DNA of 64,000 bases, from NCBI GenBank assembly GCA_004022145.1, contig RCNU01000016.1. One strand, given 5' to 3'. This document shows positions 54,001 through 64,000 of the stretch, piece by piece; the stretch's first letter is position 1; every line of letters begins with the position of its first letter. A program made the position numbers and the translations under genes. The DNA is from Paecilomyces variotii. Taxonomy: Eukaryota. The notes beneath the pieces are model-generated. The model had not been told where the DNA came from. It worked only from the letters and a program-made list of their open reading frames with translations, and ran no database searches.

Positions 54001-56220
54001 AAAGGTAATATAATAAAGAAAAGCTAAAGTATAGGATAATACTAAAAATACTTTATAAATTCTAAGTATATCTTTATAGTATATACTTTTAACTAGAGAT
54101 AGATATAAAAATTTTAATAGCGCAATTAAATAGAATAGCTATAAATCTCCCTAGGTTAATAATTACTTAATAAATTGCTTAGATTTAGTTATTTAACTTT
54201 AATATTATCTATATATTAGGAAAAAAGAATTTAGTTATAAATAGATTATTTTAGAAGCTAATAATAAAGCAAGACCTAGAAAAGACAGAAGATAATAATA
54301 TAGAGGAATTCTTAAATTTATAATTTTATATAATTTATTATACTAGTATATAAGAGATAAAATTAAATAGTATCCCTTAATTAATACTTATATTATATTA
54401 ATTAGAAAAGTCTTTACTAATTATAAAATAGTTATAAACTATAATAAAACTAGATAATATAAATAGAGAATAATATACTAAGTTTAAAAAAGAGGCCCTA
54501 AAGTATATAGTTTAAGATAATATACTTTTTTAGAGAATATAATAAAATTAGCCTTACTATATAATTATTGACAATAAGGAGAAGTAAAAGGAAATTCTCA
54601 CAGCCCTTTATAAAGAATATAAATATTATAAGTATAAAATAACTTATTAAAAGATAGCTAATCGATATTAGTAAAAAGGCCTATATAAATATATTACCAG
54701 ATAGATAAAGATATATAATAAATATTAAAAAGCAGATAAAGAATATATAGAAGAAGCTTTATAGTCGATATTTATTCTATTAGGGAAATTAAAGCTATAC
54801 CTAGATATCTGCAAGATTATACTACCTAGTAAGGGAAAAACTTATATTACTATACTTTAAGATAACTTTAACTAAGTTAAATATAGAGCCCTTAGCAGCC
54901 CTATTTTAAGAGCTATTACTAAATTTTTATAAAAAGACTAGATTTATTATTAGAGAGTAATAGAGACTCTTATTAATAATAAAGGACTAGAGAATAAAGC
55001 CGCAGTTAATATATTAATATAGAAATATAAGATTAACTATATTAAAATCTTATTATATAACCTATAAATAAACAGAGCAGTTAAAGTTATATATAAGTCC
55101 TTTATATATAGTATTAGAAAATTTGCGAAAGGAATAGGGGTAAATTAGGTAAACTACTTACTAGTAGTAATCTAGGCAGATAAAAATATAATTAAGACTT
55201 TTATAGGCTTAATACTATTTAGAGTAATTATAGGATATAATATTATATTACTAATTAAACTAGAAGTACTTACTTAAAAGATTTTAATATAAGATAAGGT
55301 TAAGACTATAGAAGATCTTCTACTTTTTTACATATAATAAATAGAGCTTTAAGATTAGAATATAAAAAAGGCCTAACTTCGTATTTAATATATAAAGAAA
55401 GCTAGTAAAAAGATTTTTAATAATAAAAAATAATTCTGCGAAAAATAACTAATAAAAGAATAGCTTATTCTGCTTTATAATATAAAACTTAAGATATCTT
55501 ACTCTGCAAAACTAGTATACTACTAGCTTAAACTATATAGGATTAAAAAAGTCCTTAAAAAAGAATCCTATAAGCTTAAGAAGTTAGATAATATATTTTT
55601 TAGAGACTTAATTTATAGAAATTGCTTAAAAGGCTATTATTTATAAAAGAATTAAAATAAAATATTAACCGCAAGAGATAATATAATACTTAAGCAAGAA
55701 AATTAGTAATTAAGTAACAATAATAATGATATAGACTAAATACTACCTAGATTAAAATATATAGTTATAGTTCTAGTACTCTCCTTTTAAAAATATTAGC
55801 TTAAAAAGAAAAAAGTAGAAAGCTAATAATAAAGCAAAATAAAAAGCTAGTTTAAAAGGAGAAGAAATAGAAAAATAATAATAAAATAAGTATTAGTACT
55901 ATAATAGAAAAAAAAGGAGGGTAAACTTAAAATAAAGGCGTCTTTTTTAAGGAAGAGGAAGGATTTAAAGATACCTAATAATAATTAAAAAAGAAGAAAA
56001 AGAGAGATAACTAAAAAATATATAATATTAATTTAAATACCTTAAAAAGTCTATAAATAAAGCTAAAAACAGAAAATATTAAATAAAGAATATAAGTAAT
56101 AAATAAAGAATCCTTACCTTATTATAAAAACCTTACTTTTTATATTATATAATACTATAGCGGAAGTAACTAGAGACCAAATTAAGCTAAACTTAACCCT
56201 ATCTTATCTTTTAAGTATAT

Positions 56221-59158
56221 CTTTTTACTTAAAAACTATTTTAAAGAGTCGCTCTATAAAAATATATATTAAAAATAGAAGAAAATACACTAAAAATATA
56301 AAATATTATCTGTTAGGATAAAGCTCTTTAACTTAGAATATATATATATACTATAGTTAGCAAAATTTATAAGCTTATAAAGGAGATAATAAATAAGGCT
56401 AATAATAAAAAAGAGAAAGTTTAGTTTATAAGCAATATAGCAATAATTATTTTAAATTTTTAAAGTAGATATAATAAAGCAGCTAGTAATTTTTATAATT
56501 TTCTAAACTAATAGGAGCTATTAGAAGAAATAAGAAAGAAAAAAGTACTAGCTATTAATAAGCTAAAAGAATTAAAAATATAAGTAGAAAAGAACTATAA
56601 ATATATTAATAAAGATTATTATAAAGCTATAGAGAAATAGGGCTAGGAGATTATAGATTAAATCTTATTAATTATTAGAAAATTATATTAAATCTTAATA
56701 GCTATAAGAGGATTAGTTTTTAATACTAAAGATTAGAGAATAGCAGCTATATATTTAGCAAGAATATAGGTTAATAGACTTTATAATATTAAGAGATAAG
56801 GAATATTAACTAAAAAGAGCCTTTAACTAACTAATATTAGAAAGGTAAGAGATATCTTAAAAAAAGCCCTTAGTAAAGAAGGATTAATTTTTTAAAAACC
56901 TATTAATAAAGAGCTATAAGAGGTTAAAATAAAAGTAAAGGAAAATAATCTTCTAGAGGAGATTATAAGAGAAGAGGAAGAATATTAAATAGAAGATTTA
57001 AATAAGAGCTTATTAATAGATCTAATATTAGATAAAAAAGAAAAAAGCATAGAGAAGGAGAAAAAAAGGAAGAAGAGGATTAAGAGTCTTAAGAAGCTAA
57101 AAGGAGAAAAGAAGCTTAAAACTTAAGATAAGGGAAAATAGCTAGAAAAAGGATATAAATATAAGGTCAGTATATCTATATTAATAAAAAAGGCTATTAT
57201 TAACTTAAAAGATAAAAAAATATTAGAACTTTTAAGGAAAAAAAGAATTAAACCTACTGCTATATACTAAATTTATATTAAAAAAATATAAAATATAATA
57301 AGACTAAGGAGTACAGAAGATAATATCCTTAGAAAAAGATTAAAAATGCTTATAAATAATAATAATAATCTTAAATCTTAGAATATTAATATAGACTACT
57401 AGAAATAGTTTTAATAGAGATAAAGATTTAATATTAACCTTAAGGATTATTGCTGCCTAGATAAGGGAAAAATTAAAGTATAATCCTAGTTAAGTAGACT
57501 AAATATAAATGCTAAGGAGGTTAGAGAAGTCTTATAGTAGGTTAATTCTAAGAAGATTAACTTAATCTATAAGCCTTATATATAATTATTGGCTAATATA
57601 ATTAGTATAAGAGAGGATATATCTATAAAAGAAGCTAGAGAAGTATTAAAAATAATTAGAAATATAAAGTTAGCAGTAATAAAGCAGTAAAAGAAAAGAT
57701 TATTTAAAGTAATAACCTATCTTTATAAAAGTTTACTTAAAGAAATTAAATAGTTTATAAGTAAAATTTTTAAAAATAAATAGGTAATAGAATCTCTTAG
57801 CAGAGCCTTAAAAATTAATATAAAGATCTCTTTTTCCGCAGTAAACCTAGAAGACCCCTTTATTAAAAAAAAAAACTAGATATTTAAAAGATATATAAAA
57901 TGCTAGAACTATATAGTTTAAAGATAATATAGAGGCTAAGTAAATGCTAGATATACCTAGTAATAGCCAGGTTAAAAGAAAAATAAAGAGTCCTATTCTA
58001 AGAAGTCCTAAAAGTATAAAAGATAGAGATAATATAGAAGTTAAAAAATTATTATCTAAAGACCTTCTCCCTAAGAAATCCCTAATATTAGAGATAGTTT
58101 AACTATTTAAAGATCTTAGATTAATTAATATAGATATTTCTAGTAATATACCTAGCAGCTTATATTATAAAGCCTAAGATAATCTATATAGGGCTAAAGA
58201 GTATCTTAAATCTAAATATAGGGATAGAAAATATTTTAACCTAAGTAAAGAAGACTTTACCTTAAATAAGATATAGGACTAATATATTTAGTTAGATATT
58301 ATAATAAGAGAGGATTTTAACTATTAAGAAGTAAATAGGGTTTTCTAGATTATACTTTTTAAAAAGAAACTAATAAAAGGAATACTATAATATACTATTA
58401 TAAAAGCAAAAATAGCCCTTTATTATAAGAAGAAGGGTAAAAGATTAATAAAGCTTAAGAATTTATCTAGAAATATTCTCTAGAAGATTATTGCGCAAGA
58501 TATCTAGATTTATTTAATCTAGTTAGTACTATATAATTATAATAAATATAGGCTGCAGGTCTAGTATCTTAAGAAATATAAGTTAAAAGTATTAAATATA
58601 GAGACTACTATCTCTAAGGGAAAAATAAGCTAGAGCTTTGCAATCTTAGGGACTAGACTAATTACTAAAGATAAATCTAAGAAAATTATAGGCCTAAGAG
58701 ATATTATATTTAGGCAGAAAGAAGTAACCTTTATTAGCAATCTATATTAGCTAATACTAGAAAATTAGGGAATAAATCTTAATAATATCTGCTATTTTAA
58801 TTATAAAAAGTAAGATAAAATAAGATCTAACTAAGGAGAATCCGGGCCTTTTAATATCTAGGTAAATAAAATTATAGCTATAGGCAGAGTAATACTTAGT
58901 TAGTTAAACTAAGATTATTTAAAAGTTAAAGCAGAGCTATACTTTATATTAAAATAAAATATATTATTAGTTTAAGATTATCTGCAGAGAAAAGGAACTT
59001 AGCTTTATAAGTTAAGGGTTTTAAGGTATATATAATATTAGAAACTAGAGCGTTCTTGCTTTAAAAACAATTTATAATATTAGAAGGAGGAGATAGTATA
59101 GACTATAATAACTAAAAAAGGTAAATAAAAATATCTGCTCTTAGAGGAGGAGAAACTA
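56221..59158 (+). pseudogene. A2 extra 3' ORF (~950 codons), uncharacterised
   Basis: Single frame, apart from one poly-A slip at ~57870, with RIP-type stops. Start and stop approximate. Confidence 0.6.
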
Positions 59159-61893
59159 TATAATAGAGAGAATTAATATAAAGAATATAATTAGTTAAGA
59201 GGTTATATACTTTTGCTTAAAGTCTTTAAAAGGTCTATAAGTAAAGTAAGAGAGAAGGAAGAGAATATCCTTTCAGTTATTTAGAATAAAATAATTAGCC
59301 TTTCCTTTATATTATTATTTAGTATTAGTTCAGCATTAGATTATTATTAGTTTATTATATTAGTTTATAGTTAGAGCTTCTCCTCTAGCTCTACTCTAAG
59401 CTCCGAAGCTAAATACCTTTCTCTTTTTTCTTAATACCTACTCGCTTAAAGACTTTATGCTAAGTCTTAATATATCTTCCTACAATAATACTTACGCTAG
59501 TTCTTAAGAAGAGATATATAATATATATAATAGATTAAGTTAGATAAAGAGCTTAAATCTATATTTATACTTTATACCTATACCTATAATTAAGCCCTAT
59601 AATATTCTAACTAGCACTAGTAATAATTAGCATAAATACTATAAGATAGAGGTATTACTGCCTAGTATATATTATAGCTCTATAAGACCTATAAGGTTAC
59701 TAATAGTATAGGTATAGAATTAGCTAAGCAGCGACTAGTACAGTAATTAGCGCAGCAGTTTAAATACTTATTATATTTACTAGAAGTAGATATTTAATTA
59801 CTATAAGAAATATAATACTTATAATCTATAAATAGCTATAATATACTATTATAAATAGCTACTTAATAATCTATATACTTAATATATTAGTAAAGAATAG
59901 ATCTATAGATAGGCTCTATATATTACCTATAGTAAGTATTAGGGGCAAGCGCAAGCGTAAACGCGGAGATAAGTAAAGAAGCAAATATCTATAATAAATA
60001 CTAAAGACTTAAGATAAATATATACTGTAAAGGTACTGGTAGCTACTGTTAATATATAAAATAGCCTAGCGCTATAATAAATTCTAAAAAATTATAGCAT
60101 TATAAAGTAAAAGTAGAAATAAATTCTATAAGCGAAGTATTCCCTATAATAGAAGTAAGATATATATATATCTATAAAGTAAACTAGATATTAAGATAAT
60201 AGTTAGCACCTAATCCCTATAGTTAAAGAGGGTAATAGACTATAGTTATAGCAGTAAATAATACCCGGCATTTAAAAGAAGCTATTAGTAATACTAAATA
60301 GAGATATAAAGTATACAGTCGCAGAAGATTAGAAGAGTAGCATATAGCAGAGATAAAAAGTTAAAAATAAAAAGTATTTAGCGCGTGCTGCTAAAGGCAA
60401 TATAGAAAGTTTAAGTAAAAAAGCAGTTTTAATAAAGAATAGGAGCCTATGCGCAGGCGCGGGAAGCACCTAAAATAAAAGGTAGTATACCTAAGATAAT
60501 AAGCGGTTAGCTTAAAACTGCAAGCGGTATAGAATAGCAACAGCAGAACAGATATTAAACTATGCATTTTTAAGGAATCGCCTATATATATATATAATTA
60601 TTTTCTTATTTATTTTATTATTTTTTTTATTATACTATAATTTTAAAGATTTTAAATCTTTAAATAAATCTTTAAACTTATATTATAAACTATAGTAAAC
60701 TATAGCTTAAAGTAATTATATAAGCAGTTTAATTTAATTTAAAGAAAAGTTAAATTACTTATAGTAAGTTTTAATTTAAAGTAAAAAAACTATACTTAAA
60801 TTAAACTATACTTTAGCAGTTTAATTTAAAACTAAAAAAATTAAAATATTTATTAAGATTAAGTATTAAATAGTTAAAAAGAATAAGTTTAAATAAATTT
60901 CTTAGACTATTATATTAGCTTAAGTAAGTATAATACTTAAGAAAAGAGAATATTAGCTTATAGTATAGATATAAAGCTATATTATTAATATATATTTTTT
61001 AAGATAATTAAATAGTAAAAAGAGAAGCTTAAGAATAAATTCTTTTAAATCTTTAATTTAACTATAATAAGATTATAATAATTATATAACTTTTAATTTA
61101 ATTATAGTAAGAATATAATAATTATATAAAGTCTTAACTATTATTTTATAATACTCTTTTTTAATTTAAACTTATTATATTAATTAATTTTAACTAATTT
61201 AAAAATTTTAAGAAGTTTATCTTTAATAATAGCTTAATAAAGCTATTTACTATTATATTCTATATTTTAATAAACTTTATATTAATCTTATTTCTTTAAT
61301 ATAAGTCTTATATATAGTAATATATAATATTAATATATTTTAACCTTTTATAAGTATAAGTATCTTTAATTAATAATAGTAATACTTAATTATCTTTAAA
61401 GACTTTAACTAAAGAGCTTATAATAAAGGCTTACTTCTCTCTTATTATTAGTTTAAACTTATTTAAATTAATATAGTATTTATATATTATATCTCTTAAA
61501 AGAAGGGCTAACTATTAAAATTATTTTATAGTTTAATATATAGCTATATATTTTACTTCTATAGTTAAGGTTATAATAGATTTTTATTTTTTACTTAATT
61601 AGCTTATTAAGTAATTAGTTAAAATAAAAATATTCCTTAAGATTAATATTTAGTTAGACTTATTTATTATATAATCTAAATTTAAGTACTTAATAAGTTA
61701 TTAGTCTTTATTCGCATTAAACTTAAGATTAAAATATATACTTAATTAAAGGTATCTTATTAAAGACTTTAATACTTTAAAGTATCTTTTAAATAGATTT
61801 AATAAATATTAGCTTAATTTACTAACTATAAATATAATATTTAGTCTTATTAAAATTATTAAGTAAATAAGAATATTAATAATTCTTTAATAC

Positions 61894-62403
61894 TATAAGA
61901 AATAGAGGTTCTTAGAGGTTATTAATAAATTATTTTATTAGCGATTATAGTAAAAGAAGTAATAGCTTTATATACTTAGCTTAGAGAAGAGTTTATTAAT
62001 AAGATAAAGGGTTAACTATTATAATAAAGAGTCTAACTAATATAGAAAAAGGTTTATATTAAAGAGATTTAATAATAAAGAGTTTATATAAGTAAGAAAA
62101 TAATAGAGTATATATTATATTAAAATAAATTACTAGCTTTTAATAAAATAGTAATCTAGAGCTTATTTATATTTTAAACCTTAAGTATTTCTTAGCTTTA
62201 TTTTATATAAATTCTAAAAGCAGAGAATATAGGGTTTAATTAATTACCTTAATATTATATTTAGATTTAAGGCTTTACTATAGTTCTATAAGCTTATACC
62301 TTAATAAAGAGCTAGAGGTATAATAGTATTCTCTCTCTTTTTAAAGGCTTATTCTTAAGCTATTATAAAGTTATTATATTAAATATAAAGTATAGCTTTA
62401 TAG
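61894..62403 (-). mobile_element. Family B copy B2: 3' LTR (61894-62325) plus PPT-adjacent sequence, more heavily RIP-mutated than B1
   Basis: Aligns by eye with 22733-23242, same 432-bp LTR length; interrupted at 62404 by A3. Confidence 0.85.
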
Positions 62404-64000
62404 TATAGTAGGGAGAATTAGTATAAAGAATATAATTAGTTAAGAGATTATATGCTTTTACTTAAAGTCTTTAAAAGGTCTATAAATAAAATAAGAGAGG
62501 AGGAGGAGAATACCCTTTTAGTTATTTAGAATAAAATAATTAGCTTTTCCTTTCTATTATTATTCGGTATTAGTTTAATATTAGATTATTATTAGTTTAT
62601 TATATCAGTTTATAGCTAGAACTTCTTCTCTAGCTCTACTCTAAGCTCTAAAGTTAAATACCCTTCTCTTTCTTCTTAATACCTACTTGTTTAAAGACTC
62701 TATACTAAGTCTTAATATATCTTCTTATAACAAATTAGAGCTAAATATAGGGGGTATTAAAATATTAAATAAAAATAAGGGAGAAAGAAAAATTAGAAGC
62801 TAAGGTTAAGGCTAAAGCTAAAAAAAGGGGTAAAAAATAATAGAAAGATAAGTAAAATAGCTAAAAAAGATTACTATTATAAATAAAAAAAGATAAATAT
62901 ATTTCTTAGATTAGTAGAGATAGCAAATATAATATAGGGCAAAAATATATATTAATAATAAGAGAAAGAAAGGACTGCTAAATATAAGGAAGAGCTTAAT
63001 AAATATAAAAGAGAAGTAGAAATTTAGAAGAAATAAGAAATTATTAAGCAAGAACTATTTATTAAAAAATAGAAGAATTTCTTACTATTATCTTTATTAT
63101 TATTCCTTTAAAAAAATATAGAGAAAAGTATTAATCTTTTTAGTATTAGTTAAGATAGAAGGACTTTTAACTCTTTAATATTATTAGGTCTAGAGGTATA
63201 AACAGCTTAGGCATTTAAAAATATAGGATTATTAATAGCGCAGCTAATCTAGGTTATATTAGCTTTATAGATACTAATGCCTAAAAATCCTAGGGTATTA
63301 TATTTTAAAGAGAATAATATTACTTATTATCTAAGACTTTTTAAGAGGCTATATAAGGCAAATTAACTCTTAGAAAAAGAAAAAACTAAATGGTTTATAG
63401 ATTATTATAGCCTATTAATATTATTATAAATAAGTACTTAATCTAAATATAAAGAAAAGAATTATCTAAAATTAGTAAAAATAATTAAATAAGAGTATAT
63501 TTATTATAATAAGTACTAAAGAAAATATAATATCTAATAGCTAAAAAGGTTTAAAAATATAAAATATAATAGCTCTAAGAACTTAAAAGAGTATAATTAA
63601 GAATATTAAGCTATATTAAAAGCGCTAGTAACTTTAAATAAGTTAAGTCAATATTTATAGAAAGTTTAATATCTTTAAAGATTTTTAAAAAAGCTTAAAT
63701 AATAAATAGTTTAAGAGTTAAATATAGACTACTATACTTTATTTACTATTAAATATATTAATTTCTATAAGGAGATAATAGATAGAGTAAGAATAACTAA
63801 AACCCTTTACTACCTTAATAGCAATAAACTAGAGAAAGATTAAGATATAATAGCTTTAATAAAGGAGAAGGTAATTAAAGAAGATAATATATAACTTCTT
63901 ATTAAATTTAATAGAATTTACCTAAATAAGAATAAGAGTAGGACTAAATAATAAAGTATTAAAGTAAAGTTAATAAAATAATTATAGATTAATTAGTTAA
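62404..64000 (+). mobile_element. Family A copy A3 (5' LTR 62404-62732 plus gag), truncated by the window edge
   Basis: 329-bp LTR of the A2 type followed by the same leader and gag sequence as 40616 onward. Confidence 0.9.

Larger units (their letters stand above)
40287..59487 (+). mobile_element. Ty3/Gypsy family A, copy A2 (~10.2 kb without nested C1)
   Basis: 329-bp LTRs 40287-40615 and 59159-59487; TSD ATAC on both sides; gag CxxC-x4-H-x4-C ~42030-42075; protease DSGAE ~51924; RT FLDD ~53400; colinear with A1. Confidence 0.93.
20520..59976 (+). pseudogene. Degenerate RecQ/telomere-linked-helicase-like ORF in three pieces (20520-21492, 39326-40286, 59492-59976)
   Basis: De-RIP reading gives YLGRCQxIRQTL...HPGAFLSMRLR...GKLPKEIGTLIW, then LSTAYVEEY (DExH position), LVVIGVDAV...QGYQQYRYRIGR (motif V/VI-like) and C-terminal GKRKRKRGDE*. 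Similarity judged from memory of the DUF3505/RecQ family. Confidence 0.45.
15597..60582. mobile_element. Outer multi-gene RIP relic (unclassified DNA-type element or duplicated segment), interrupted by A1 and A2
   Basis: Segments 15597-21492, 39322-40286 and 59488-~60582 keep more G/C than the flanks and join in one reading frame across the A1 and A2 TSDs. Splice-like signals present. Termini approximate. Confidence 0.5.
14820..64000. other. AT-rich RIP-mutated heterochromatic block of nested transposon relics
   Basis: Abrupt GC drop at ~14.82 kb, near absence of CA/TG, excess TA. Relic reading frames are broken almost only by TAA/TAG (from CAA/CAG/TGG/CGA). Confidence 0.95.

Noticed and set aside
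14820-64000. Mitochondrial insertion or contaminant as the source of the AT-rich DNA
   Set aside because: LTRs, TSDs, gag-pol motifs and directional C>T/G>A changes show nuclear RIP-mutated transposons; no rRNA, tRNA or respiratory genes seen.

Overview
Filamentous ascomycete (Eurotiales-like) DNA in two sharply different parts. Bases 1-~14.8 kb have ordinary GC content and carry three intron-containing genes on the + strand: a GH92 alpha-1,2-mannosidase, the glycogen branching enzyme (be1/GLC3) and a DUF2841/YDR124W-like protein. From ~14.82 kb to the window end is a >49 kb AT-rich block with strong RIP-type mutation (CpA/TpG lost, TpA gained) and no intact ORFs. It resolves into nested mobile elements with readable LTRs and target-site duplications (TSDs). 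An outer multi-gene relic containing a degenerate RecQ/telomere-linked-helicase-like ORF is split by two ~10 kb Ty3/Gypsy family A elements (FLDD RT, 4-bp TSD). A1 contains chromovirus B1; A2 contains chromovirus C1, which holds a hAT MITE; a third A copy sits in an older B copy at the right edge. The most unusual signal is that each Gypsy family appears to carry an extra gene between pol and the 3' LTR: a spliced antisense Cys6-motif gene in B, a ~950-codon sense ORF in A and a ~410-codon sense ORF in C. All protein readings in the AT-rich block were reconstructed by eye by reversing RIP changes and need computational confirmation.
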